The position numbers and the translations under genes were made by a program. A DNA stretch of 64,000 nucleotides from Trichoplax adhaerens (lineage: Eukaryota; Animalia; Placozoa): NCBI RefSeq assembly GCF_000150275.1, contig NW_002060961.1:744568-808567 (forward strand), written 5' to 3'. A model generated the notes under the pieces. It did no database searches. It worked only from the letters and a program-made list of their open reading frames with translations, and was not told where the DNA came from. Shown here piece after piece: positions 14,178-36,500 of the stretch. Positions within the stretch are counted from its first letter, which is position 1, and each line of letters opens with the position of its first letter.

Positions 14178-14899
14178 TGACTTTGTTAATTTATATTTGA
14201 ATTAGCAGTCGATAAGTTATCCTGTTTTATTAATACTCGAAGTTTATGTGATAATGACTCCTAAAAGGTTTATTGAGATTGCTATTATGTGTACGTATGT
14301 CCTTATGTACAAATGTGAGCTAAATTGAACGATTTTAATTCAATCAATACCATGAGGATTAAGAATATAACAAGATTATGTATTCTTACCATTGTCTACT
14401 AATAAAAATATGCGACTATCGATGTATTATTGTATTTATTTATTATTTGTTTGTAGGATATGTTGCTTGGCAATACATGTTTGCTGTTCAGTTATGGTTT
14501 ACTGAATTAGTGATATGCCACTGTGATGTGTAGGGTATTTGTACAGTATGTGCAGCAGTGTTGTACAGTCAATGCTGCAGTAAGTTCTCGAACATGCACT
14601 GTTGTACAATGTCCAGGACCGTGTACTTGCAGTAGTCATTAATAATTTCATTCAATCGTTTGTGTCTAGTCGAATCAGTAACCTGTGAAAAGTGCATTTA
14701 TTCAAGAGGTCCCAGCTTGAAATCATGCATTTCAAGTTTTCAACTGTAGAAATCGTGATCCCTTCCCCTTTCCAGATCCTCGATCAAAGGGATAGAAAGA
14801 GTTTATGGATTAATCTTTGCGAAGTACTGGCTTGACAGTGTTGTATTGGAGTTGGATGATATAGCGTACCAGTTTAGTCGTATCGAGATTGGCTTGAAG

Positions 14900-15190
14900 G
14901 ACTACAGTACTTGAAACGTTGCACTGTACTGTAGAGTCTACAGTGTACACTGTACAGTACAGTACTGTACAGTAGACCAAGGTCCAGACCACAATACAGT
15001 ACAGTACCTCCAACTGTACACTGTCCAGTACTGTACAGTATGTCCAGAGTCTGGTAGTCTGGTACATGTCCTTATTGTCCTACCCATGGATTTCTACCAA
15101 TCAGTAGTGTTCTGTACTGCAAGTCCGTACAGTGTACAGTACATACTGTCCATCTTTCACTCCGGCGCATGTGAAACCGTACTGTAGCCT
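14900..15190. promoter_or_regulatory. GTACAG/CTGTAC palindromic-word island 2; probable RSK promoter
   Basis: TACAGTGTACACTGTA (14939-14954), TACAGTACTGTA (14958-14969) and many related words, about 250-500 bp upstream of the RSK ATG (15439). A GC-richer segment follows. Confidence 0.75.
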
Positions 15191-15438
15191 TGTTGTCAAT
15201 CAGTTCGCTTCAGTCCGTCACACACTCAGACTGATTGGTTGCACTCGAGCACGTCGGTCGGTACAGGTCATCCCATCCCCCTCACGTCATTCAGCCCACG
15301 GTTGAAGCATCCAGCGAACGAGCCAACCACTATTGGCCAAAAGACAAGTCCAAAGAGAGGAAAAAAAAATCAGTTCCATTGGCGCTTTCCTTTTGCCATT
15401 TTTTCAGTCCATTTTTCAAGACGAATTGAATTGATAGT

Positions 15439-24838
<9,400 letters not shown>

Positions 24839-26180
24839 CATGTTATATCAAAATATCTACGGAGGTTTTATTTATTTCGTTGAGTGTAATTGTTATATAT
24901 GTTTTCGAGATATAAATTCTCAGACAATGGATGATGATGGAATTTTGAATAGGAAATTGAAGTGTTATTTTAAAATTAATTTTATTTGTAATAGCAAAAC
25001 AAGCGTAACGTAGTTTTAAATGACTTTTTATTAACGCAAATTATAACAGAACTAACATAACACACAAGTGGTCATGCTTGCCGATATAATTTAATATCGA
25101 ACTTTTTTTTACAGTTTTGATCTGCTATAATTACTGTTTAAGACATGCGTTCAGCAATAGTAAAATTTTTTGATGTCGTTATTTATCTGCTAATATTCGG
25201 ACTCCTTGTAAATGCTTTTGCTCGTTTGGCATACTGCATTGATTAAGTTAGATAATAACACATTATGAAATTATAATTTCTGTTGTAGATTGCAATTGTA
25301 GTACGAGATCGCACTTTGCAAGTAATTTTCTGATAGTGAACAAATTTGTCCTTACTATCTGTTGATAAATAATAAGTACATAGTTAATGGATATCTAAAT
25401 GCTATATAGAGTCCACTGATGGGACGCTCTTGACATTATTGTGAACTGCTGAATTATTTTTTAATCTTTACATTTGCGACCTAGGTAGCATTTATGATTA
25501 ACGTTATATTGCTAAGCGTCAATCACAGTATTTAGTTTTGGAAAAAGCGCATAATTAATTAACTATGCAAGACTTGAGATCTTGCATAATAGTTACGGCC
25601 AATTCGGTGATCGGTGTTTGCTAAAGACTTTATTACAAAAAGGATTGTCATCGCTATTCCGGTCATAAGTGTTAATAATTGCTTTCAATTGAGAAGCAAT
25701 TGTGCATCTACAGGTGATAGAGATTGTTAGTTTTTTAACATATGAAAAGGAAGCAATTATGTTTTAAAAAACCTTGGTTTTTGCATAGCTAAGTCTATGC
25801 ACGTACAGGTAAACGAATATATAAACATGGGTGTATGTTAATTAAAAGTAACGACCAAAAATGCGAAAAATAAAAAATACCTGTAAGTTTAATACTTGGT
25901 TGTTATCGAATTTGCGCTTAACTGTAATATGAGTATAAAACACTGAAAAAATTGGATCGTTGACTGTGCTATTCAATACTAAGGGCAATGGTGAATACAT
26001 AATACGCAGGAAAGTGTCATGAATTTCAGTACAGAAAGAAATATAACTTTCTGGTGTATTATTACAGTTACGAAGATATAATAAGCCAGTTTCTACAATT
26101 GATAATTATAATGATTACGAGAATAAAATGAGCCAGTTTAGAATGATCCATCACCTCTTCAATCGCAATGTTATTTCTGT

Positions 26181-29100
26181 TTAAACCTTCCAAATTTCAT
26201 AAAAGATCCAACTAGTAAGAAATATGAAGTTGAGGAAAAACAGAAAGTAAAAAATGCTATCCTTCTAATGACTGCAGAATTATGAACGATAACCATTGTG
26301 TATGAACTGAATTCCTATAATACTATTGATCACTTATATGATACTTATTAAAGCATCAACCTTAAATTACTAGATATCTACTGCAGCAATAAAAAAATGA
26401 TAACGCTTTTTATTTATTTTTGGATACAATTCAAGGTAAGAAGGAACGCAAACGGTTTCTTTTCTGAAATCGACTTTTCTACTTAATTTTTGCAGCTGTT
26501 CTTCGTAAAGTTTAAGAGCATGGACATTATTTGCACCATTTCCCTAAAAATTAAATACGAGTTAACAATAAAAGCTGGTTGAAGTCGTACTGATACGATG
26601 ATGTATACATCTATATACGGTACCTGAGTAAAATAGCGTCCAGTTTCCGAGAGGACATCCATTGATAATTGTAGTATTAGACGTAGAAAATCCCATTGAG
26701 ATCCTAACTCATGATATACATATCTAGGTTAGTACAGCTACCTGCTCAACATGGAGACAACAGCGATATTTAGAAATTGAAAAATAAAACCTTGAGGAGT
26801 AGTTGAAACAGGGATAGCAGTCAGATCATTGATGACATAATCAAACACCTTTCCTTCACTTGCATACTTTTTCAGTATCGGAACACAATCTTCAACAATA
26901 ACCTATCAAGAAAGTCGCCATCCTTAAGGAAAAAGCTACGAAAGTGGCTAATGCGCACATTTTCATGTTTAACTGAATCTGTAAAGTTTCATAATACTGA
27001 TTGATAGGTGTGAATATCTAATTTTTATTCTATTGTGATACCTACCTTGTAATTTGGCCCTTCCAGTGAATCCATAGCATTTTCACATATACCACGTAAA
27101 TGTTTAATAGCAGCATCAATAACTACCTGATCAATTTAAGAAACGTTAAGGGGCGTAATTTCCGAGGCATTTGTGTTCTATTTAACTGCGACGTACGCGA
27201 GCTAACGTTATTTCTTACGATAAGCTGTATTTTAAATACTCTTTAAAAGTAAAAAAAAATAATGAAAGATATTTCCACCATCGTCACATATTTTGGCGAT
27301 TGTTTCAGCAACTCATTGAGAATACCTCCATCGCCTCCACCTAAGTACAGTAATAAGTATACATATTAACAGCAAGAAAAATATCTTGGCAATGGCAATT
27401 AATCAATTAATTAATTAGTTGAACAAGTCTGTTTACCAAGAATGAGGACAGTTTTATCAGTATAATCTTGGGTATCATTTCCAGTTATAGCCTTAGTATA
27501 GGCAATGTCGCTCTCTGCTAAATCTGAAAATATAGTATATACAGCACAATTGAAAACATGAACTTTAAGAGCCATTATCAATTTGGAGCTACAGGATGAA
27601 TTTGACATTGAAGATCAATTTCGATATGAGTATATAGCTACAGTGAACCTACTTGGGTCGTCGTCCAGTAGAAGCATATTTCCATATTGTGGTGAATGAC
27701 AAATTTTAACATTTTGGAATTGGGTATCTACATTTACCACTACTCTATAATTGTATGAAGATACAAAGTATATAATAACGTGGTAGTGAAACATAATTAT
27801 AGCAGAATTAGTATTACACACGAGGTCTATAAACTCCCTAGGTAATTACAAAATTTAATCCTATACCGTATTGCCGTATAAATACGCGTAATTACTTCAA
27901 AACTAGTTCGTATGGTGACTGATGCATTTTTTCTGTTTTTATACGCAAGTAACTACAATTTATAAGAATAAACGAACTTGTCAAAGTCATATTCGACGAG
28001 TCTATTATCACAAGTAGGAACATAAATATCCAAATCTCGGCATCGTTGAATTGCAGGGTAGCTATTTTAATCAATAAAAATAAATAATATTAACCCTAAT
28101 CCTATTGTTGAGTCAACAAGAACTTATGCGTAAGTAATCTACCTTTTACTGTTTCCTTGAAACAAAGATTTGATTTCACGTTCATCCTAGCATGGTAATA
28201 ACATAGATATAATATAGTTACATTGGACAATCGCTCCACAATTACGTAATTCATAATAATTTTAACCATGTATAGCGCAATGTAATCACTAATTAGTTCT
28301 AGGACAAGTATTGTTTACGCATATGTAGTTTTGTTTATAGTACTACTGTATATCAATGGAGATAGGACAGGTGTAATCTGAGGTATATAAATCTCTACTG
28401 TAAGCTGATTTGTTACTAGCCACTGGAATTCTTCTAGTCCTTTCGAGATGGACTATATCATATGGATCGCTTGTATTAACACTGGTCAAATGTATACAAA
28501 TTCTATCATTTTAGGATATCAATTGAAGAGTATATTCTTCGTACTATGTAAGCAAATGACTGACTATTGTACACCTATTAGAGAGCTTCTATATAGCTAT
28601 AACACTACCACAACTAAGATGCATCATACCGCATACAGGTACTGTAAATGCGAACTATTTGATAAGTTCACTAATGGATACATCTATTTTCGATATTACT
28701 GTAACGATTTACTCACAGTAACATTCTTCCCGTTTAATTTTATTACTATTTATCACTGCTTTTATTACAAATTATTTTAGCATCAGAAATGGATTTAAAA
28801 AAAGAGTAGCGCTTCCATTGTAATATCATTACAATCTTACGTCTTCGCTAAAAGTGATTGTTTTCCCGTCAGGTAGCGGTTTAGTTATATCCACAGTAAT
28901 TCGGTTGATATCCTGGTAGAGTCGAATGACCGCATGGCTATCAAGGAATAAGAGTAAGTATAAAGTAAGAAGACGGATTTGGTGATGCAATGTTTGTTTA
29001 GACAGAGCAAATTGTAAGTTTGTACACAATAATAAGATCGATAAAATTCGATTGCATTTTTGACGTATTAGCAGTCAATCTTAAGCGAGCATATCTTAGT

Positions 29101-30556
29101 AATAGGACGTAGGCGAGGATAGCTAAAAACATGCACGTACACATGCTCATGTAACGACTATTTTATAAAACGTGTTAGTATTTTGCATCGACTATCATTA
29201 TTGTCGACAGTAGGAAGAGGTCATGAAGCTAAGATTAGCTTCTATGACCGCAAGTAATTTTATCGTCTCGTCATGACGATGTTTTTACGGTAATACGAAT
29301 CCTTTAGTGTGTCGGTTGGAGTATCGTACAATGATATTTCCGTCGATTGTTAGCAATAATCATCATCTTTTCTCCTAGACGTGTCTTGACTGTTATATTG
29401 ATCTCCAAATATAAAGAAGAAGTAGTAGAATAGTTGGTTTACTGTACTGTATCTAGCCAGTACGTAGTTGTTATCATCCCATGCACTACTTTGTAGCTAT
29501 ACTACTGTACTTCTAATTTGAATTATTATTATTTGGTCGATGATATCCAAAATACGCTATTTGAATAATTATAATCGATAACGATTGAGAAAAGTTTTGA
29601 CTAGAGTGATATATTATCCAGTAGTATGGCCAGGCCAGTTCATGATTTTGATAGATTGCATCAGTTGAGTCTAGCTTGCACGTGAAGGTGTCAAGTTGTG
29701 AATAATGATATTCATTGCATCCATTCAACACAATAAACTACTTTGAACATATTGCATCAGCAGTAGGTCTAACGTGCTTTTCATGTACAAGTGTTGACAA
29801 CTCCCAAATCGCGAACTACCGTACTGTGCAATATTGCATATACACGAGAATACAAGGTGATGGGACGAAATAAATTTCGAACATTTCGAGCCCATGTTGA
29901 GGCTATTTCCATCCTGGATGGAATGACCACTTGTTGCATGCAATCAGCTTATTGGTGTGCAATGTGTTGTACACAGGAGTGAATCAACTAGTTTATCCAG
30001 TGGACATTGCTACTTTTACTCGTATCCCTACAATATTGACATCACTTTCCTATTAAGCGATTGTACTACTATTCCTGTTGACTTATTTTATTATCATATT
30101 GCTCTTGTCATTTTGTCTAGCGCTCATTTGAATAGCTGTTGGCGTTTAGTATATATGTTGCAGTTTTAACCATAACATGTATACGTCCGTCAGCAGATTT
30201 ATAACTACAATACAGTATAGGGATCAATTTGGAAGGGCAATCATAGAATTAGACGAGCGCACCGGCGGTAGTTTATGTCCAAGCCATTTCTTCAACTGCC
30301 ATAACGTTGTTTTAGCTATGATCGTTGTGATAAAACAAATTATCATCGATTCATGCCTTATTCCTAGTTTAGCTCACCTACGATCAGGACCAGTCCACAC
30401 CAAGAGTTGACCATGGGGTAATGGCGATGAACATACTAAATTGAAATCTTTCTGCTTCATAAACTGACTAGCATCAGCAATGAATGCTTCGGGTGTTAAT
30501 GAAGTTTGAATGGATCGAAAATCAAACATATAATGCAAGACTTTGTCGTCGGCCAT
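26181..30556 (-). CDS. SMS: Spermine synthase
   Basis: 12 exons (minus strand): 30556-30378, 28937-28841, 28186-28143, 28061-27978, 27744-27653, 27523-27437, 27340-27273, 27135-27046, 26902-26791, 26703-26624, 26543-26428, 26211-26181 (1080 nt). Motifs: [68 protein letters not shown]. Confidence 0.96.
26212..26427 (-). other. SMS: Probable U12-type GT-AG intron (SMS last intron)
   Basis: Donor GTATCCAA and branch-like TTTTTCCTCAAC (+26229-26240), ending 17 nt before the 3' splice site. Confidence 0.6.
27136..27272 (-). other. SMS: Minor-spliceosome (U12-type) intron with AT-AA termini (SMS intron 7)
   Basis: Donor GAA|ATATCTTT, branch site CCCCTTAAC (+27145-27153), acceptor TTCTTAA|ATT GAT. 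This is the only junction I found with U12-type signals that restores the conserved MVE-IDQ. Confidence 0.85.
28983..29759. promoter_or_regulatory. Cluster of C/EBP-ATF (CARE/AARE) elements in SMS intron 1
   Basis: Perfect TGATGCAAT/ATTGCATCA at 28983-28991, 29655-29663 and 29751-29759; one-mismatch ATTGCATCC at 29714-29722. Confidence 0.4.
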
Positions 30557-30624
30557 GCTGCTGTCTGACAGATGGAAAGTTGCCTAGTGCGGTTCTACCA
30601 CTTGATGGTTTTGCTAGACTGGTC

Positions 30625-30890
30625 CAGTCTACAGTCTTGATTTTTCCACTGTAGCTATTTGCAATACATTGTACTGTACAGTACAGTACAGTACTGTGGA
30701 TGACCATACTGTACACTGTACAGTACTGTACTGTACTGTACTGTACATTGCCCTGTGCGGTACAGTACTGTACACGGTGGAACTCGAGGTCTTGATGGTC
30801 CGGTCCGGTCCGGACCTGGGCCAGACCTTCAAGACCTTCTTTAGCCGCGCTCTAGAGTCTGGGTGAAACAAGGCAACCGTCTGTACTGCA
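30625..30890. promoter_or_regulatory. GTACAG/CTGTAC palindromic-word island 3; probable SMS promoter, possibly bidirectional
   Basis: TACAGTACTGTA at 30719-30730 and 30761-30772, ACTGTACACTGTACAG at 30708-30723, (CTGTA)n runs and a (GGTCC)3 repeat near 30798. It starts about 70 bp upstream of the SMS ATG (30556, minus strand). Confidence 0.75.
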
Positions 30891-31302
30891 GTCCATCGGA
30901 AGACTTACACTGCGACCGGATGGACATTGGACAGCCTGACGCAGGACCATGGCCACTCTTTGCTTTAACGATGGCTTGAAATTGATTTTCTTTTACGGAC
31001 AAGTCTAGGCCCACAAACAAAGTTGAAGGTTGGAGTTCTATGAAGATGTTGAATTCTACAACAGGGTGCCTTGAATTGAAACCGGAAATGACACTCTTAT
31101 TCTACATTATGAATAATCAGCAACTGCGTGATTAACCGCAATCGATAGGTTACCGTCAATGCTGAGAAATACCAATTCATTTCGTCCATTATCTAACTTG
31201 ACTTCTAGTGCTCCAGGATGATGAGTTCGAAGGCATGTCGGGGAAGGTTTAGGCTTTAGTTTTAGTCAGGAATTTATTACTTATTTTGTAGCTAGAAAAC
31301 CT

Positions 31303-31320
31303 TCTCTCTCTCTCTCTCTC
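31303..31320. repeat. (TC)9 microsatellite
   Basis: Direct reading. Confidence 0.9.
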
Positions 31321-33474
31321 TTCGCATAACGCTCCTCTTGGAGGACTAGCCGATCAAAAAGCGCGACTACAGTCGATAGAGCATTTTACTGGTACAGGCG
31401 TGGAAGTGAAGACACTGACATAAAAACACATTAGCTGTGGTTATTCTCAGATTGAAACCAATATCAATTTATGTTATACTATACTTTAAACTGCGTTAGA
31501 GCACACACATCACGATGTGACCTTTCAGCTCTCTTATCAATGACCAAGATGTCAATGAATTTTACAATTTTCCTAGCAAATGTTCTTTTAGCTGTTATAA
31601 ATATTATACTTTTAGTTGGCTACTATTCAAGACAATTCATCTGAGATTGACTTTAATATAATTTCTCAATGTTGGACAGAACTTTGCTTCAGTGCAAATA
31701 CACGAGCGCAAAGCTCGTAAACTAGTAGAAAATCAATAACTAGTCAGCGCTCATCTGTCGTAAAATTCTACCGTCATGAAGAATTCTGAATTTCAAATGA
31801 AATAATTGCAAAATATTATAGACCTAGTTTCATTAAACAAAAAATTTGCAGACAGAAACAGCATTTCCATGTGTCAAATCAACATCATTATCAACGTTAA
31901 TACACGCCAAAATCATTTTGAATTTTGTTAATAAGCACTTTATTCGTAGGTAGTATAAGAAAGCTAACTACTCTTCCATTGAAAAGCAAGATGCTAAGAT
32001 TTATTTTTTTTATTTTAGTTTCTATAACGAGTAGTTTAATATGAGCACCAAGCTAAGTACGTTTTGTAAAACTTTTGTCTTGCGAAAGATCCTTGCGAAA
32101 TAGCAGAATGAAATGAATATAGCCTATTAAATCCATACATTGTACCAAAAAGTAATGCAAAAATACTGAAAAACCAATACAGCTCATGATCTAAGATCTA
32201 CGGTTAATTGCTGGCTTAAAAATAAATTTCTTTGGCATTAAACACTCGCATATAGTATTCTCAAATCTTGAATTAAGGTCAAATTCTTAATTCCCTATGA
32301 ATATTAGTTACATTTCAATTTATCGACGCATTGATATTTAAAATTAGCTCTATATGCTAATATACTTTTGTTACGGAGTAACTTTTGCGTAGCTGTCTTA
32401 ACACAGATTCCATAAGATAGCTTATCTAGGACAGTATTTACACCAATTGATCCATAATATTTTACATGCTCTTAATAGATAATTGCATACTTGTATAGTA
32501 TTATCTATAAACTGATAATTAATGTTTATGTAGATTTTCTATAAATTAACTGGCTTTTTAATAAAGTTTGGGTCCAGTTATATATCTAAGAGAGATTAGT
32601 GGTGTTTACTGTTCCTCCTGACGATAGGCGATCGTCAGTACTTAGAATCAGACTGTAGGTAAATATCAAGGAGGACAACCATGAGAAAAGACTCATAATA
32701 TCGTTTTCTATATTAGTTCTATATTTTCCCTAATACAAATTTCGGTTTACAACAACTTTATACATATTGACCTTATTTAATTCCCATATCACCAAACTTA
32801 CTAACTATTGGATAATCAGTACGTAAAGCTATGTCAGTATAGGTTAAGTCTTGAGTTAGATGATCGAAAAGTTATGAACTTTGAACTCATTGATATCCGA
32901 ATTAACATTTTATAAACTAGTTGAATTAGCTTTCAGACTTGCCGTGGCAGTTAAGAATTGAGCTCCTAAAATTTTAGAAATTCTTGGGTTAATCATAACT
33001 GCTACCAGAAGCTAAATTATTGAATAAATCCAAGTTTTACTTTGAGCATTAATGAAATATTCATATGGTTATCATAAATTCCTGCTAATCACAACTATAT
33101 GATTAGGTAATAAGGTTCAGAAAAATACTCTTCAATTACTTTAGAAAATATATGCAGCTTCATAAAGAGCGATATCATATATTTGATTAAATAGCAGTGC
33201 ATAATATTTATCGTACGATTAGATAAATAATTATTGTATTAAAGAAAAATTGGTTATCAGCAAATATCAGTAGCTTTGCCTTAAATTATCTGCCACGGGA
33301 TCATCTCATGCTAGCTTAATTATTTTGGCTTGTTTACGCGTACATATTTCATTAAATTAATAAACCACATTTCATAGCTTAAATGCCCTTTACATATGAT
33401 AAAAAATATACAATGTTTCAGTATGAGTAAATTTGCCTCCGCTTTAGGGATGTCGTTCATTTTGTTCACTAACC

Positions 33475-33535
33475 TGATGCAATGACATCATTTCACATTG
33501 TTAGTATAAATAAGAATCTTCGTCACTAGACAGTT
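33475..33535 (+). promoter_or_regulatory. Candidate TATA/Inr core promoter with overlapping CARE and CRE-like sites; no gene assigned
   Basis: TGATGCAAT (33475-33483) overlaps TGACATCA (33483-33490); TATAAATA at 33505-33512; Inr-like ACAGTT about 25 bp later. Confidence 0.3.
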
Positions 33536-36500
33536 AGTATTAGGTCAATCTAAGAAATTATAAAGAATATATATAGCGGCCGAAGCTAACTTAAAGTAGG
33601 GCTATCTTATTGCTGTAGGTTTACATAGTTTTCTCTTCCTTGCTTCTTTTCGTAACAAAATAATTATCAGTAAAGTTTTCCTGCACTTGGCCGTACGTTA
33701 TTGCCTAATGCCAATTTGCCATACTTAGGCCTACTAGAAAAAATCTATCAAGATGCAAAAACATATCTAAAGAAACCTACTGAATATTATACAGCTGTCA
33801 GTATAGAAGAACTATAAAAAAGATCTGCCTTAATTAATACCCGAGAAACATGCTAAAGAATTATTGGACGCTATATTTACGAAAATTGCTAATCAAATTT
33901 TTCATATTGATGTACGATGTTACGTTCTGTTGCTTTTCCATAGCTATAGTATAAAAGTAATTTCTGTAATATTTCTTTTTTTTCAGTTATATATTTGATA
34001 AAGAAAAATAAAATTAAATTGTCAAAGTATGAAAAATTTATGTTTTGTTTTGGAACACAAGTATAGCACCAGTGTATATGAGTAGACCCGAACTACAGAT
34101 ATTATGGGTAATTAACTCTTTATACCGCTTCTTTATTGTCTAATTTACGAGAATGTTGGCATTTAAGTATGTCAAATTCCGATATATAAACTATTAAAGA
34201 GATTCAATTACGAGATTCATGCAGTATTTGATTTAGATTCGTTGTGATTTTACGGTGAAATTTCTTGAGCTTTTAGGATTAATCTACTATTTAAATATTC
34301 TAGGTCAGATAAAATTGTTTACTGCCTATCTGAAAGCTTCTTAATAAATTGCTCATATTGGCGTATTACCATGCAATATTACGCGTATACTGTAATCGTA
34401 TCTTAAAGTATCGGAGCAAGCTAGATGAGCTAGTATGACCGATCTAAAGTTATAGACTTAATCAGAGCAGATATCATTAATATTTGGTCGTACAATTGGG
34501 CCTTTCGTGCTCACGATACTCTTAGGACATTTATAACTTTTTTACCATTACTGTAATATCGAAAGGCATAATATATTATGAAATACGACAAAGTTATTAT
34601 ATTGACCTATCACGACAGCTTTAAATTATGGTTCTGAAGGTCGATAGATATCCTTATGTTATCAACAAGTGAATATAAAGTATGCAATCCGAGTTCCATC
34701 AAATAGATTAAGGATTAATTACTAAAGGTATCCTTACTATATATATAAGGCGAGATTCACTAGTTCAATACAAACGATGTTTCTAGATAGATAAACATAA
34801 ATTATATTCAACGAGCATAGTTATGATATAGCATGCATAAATGCAAATATAAAACAACGGATTTAGTAAAAAGCAGACTGAATATTGGTTAAGTTTACTA
34901 CAAATTTATAAAGTTATCGTGCAGCTTACTCATATTCAAAGTAGAAATATATTGTAATATTAGAAATATAAAACAGCTATCTACAACATTAAATTGCTTA
35001 AAAATAACCCTAAATAAGGTTTCTAATCAGCTATTTATTAACTGATGACGGTAAGTATATACCTTAATTATAAATGATATGCTGATTTCATGGTGTTTTG
35101 GCAAAGGGTTTATTGAATTTTATATTATTTGTGCTATAATCCTCGACGTGACTGTATGTATCATAATGAATCGTATGCTTTTCTTGAAATAATAATTATC
35201 CACCTAATTGGCTTGTTTATTCATTAGAACAATTATTTGCATTTACCTTTTCCTAGCGTAAAATCTATCATCATGCTTCATTTTGAGAAATTTGTAAAAT
35301 ACTATTAATAATTAACAAAGTGTACAGTCCTGTAAAGTTTCTAAAACGTAAATTAAGGCCAATAACATAATTTGATTCGATTGTGGGATAACGATGACTT
35401 GTCTGATCGTCTACAAAACAGATTATATCAAGCTACAATTATTATATAAAAAAAAACAAAAAACGAATTAATTAAAATTTACACGATTTAAAATTATACT
35501 TTATCATTCCATAGCCGCTGTTGTAAATTGAATTAATCATTAATAATTTCTGTATAACAAGCCATAGAACTAACTGTTATCAACAGCATGATAGTAACAA
35601 AAGAGAAGCGAAGATGATGAAATCGATTTGATACGATATTAATTATAGGAGTGGCCAAATATTTATTGACTTGACCCGATTATGGTTTATCATGAGAGGA
35701 ATCCTTAATCATATTGTCATCTAAATAAACATCATTATGAAAGAATGATATTGAATTAAATGAGTAAATTACGGATAATTATTTATTAGTTCATCGTTGA
35801 ACTAACCTTTAGTGCCCGTTATCTGCACATGCTAATTTATATGTCCGGTTGCATTCTTTCTTCTACTAGTAGAGAGATATATGAATCCATTGATACATTA
35901 TAGTAAATTATAAATTTATCTATACGCGTATATGTGTGACAAAGTTACGATTGGTAATGAACTTTACTTGTCATATTGATTTTAGTCACTATGATTGATT
36001 ATTTAACTTTAATTGCTTATATAAGAAAAATAATATTCATCTTGTTATCTAGCACGGTGTACAGTAGAACTACATTTTTCAACATAATAGCTAGAAGGAT
36101 TCAAGAAGACAGTGTATCGTTGCATTATTTACCACGTAGAATGATATGGAAATAATCCGACAAGAATGCTACGTTAACTAATGTCTCCTATATTTCCGAA
36201 ACTAATACATTTCTTTTTATCCCCATCTTGTCAATCGTGTCTGTCTACATAAATTTATGTCCATTTTAATAATTTATAATTCTAGTCATGCGCTTATAGT
36301 GTACGAGTAGACGCGCAAACAGCATATAGAAGGGTAAATGTGTTTATATTGGGTGGAAAGCATTATTAATTTGCAGTGAAATATCAATAAGGCACGCTTG
36401 GATATCTTTAACTGTCATATATCAAAGGCGGTAACATGTACGTCAAATAGAAGTAAGCCTATTATGAACGTTAGTTAAATAGAGGGTGGTCTATCGTCTG

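Noticed and set aside
26920-26936. TTTTCCTTAAG, a U12 branch-like word in SMS intron 8
   Set aside because: The donor is GTAGGT (U2 type) and the word ends in G rather than C.
28381-28780. Extra SMS exon candidate, and ORF 28448-28780, in SMS intron 2
   Set aside because: The protein is full length and in phase without it, with no similarity to SMS. The plus-strand ORF looks like translated AT-rich intron.
32593-32681. Hairpin CTGACGAT/ATCGTCAG within CCTCCT/AGGAGG followed by ACA, considered as an H/ACA snoRNA
   Set aside because: No proper pseudouridylation pocket and no 5' hairpin; short stems are expected by chance.
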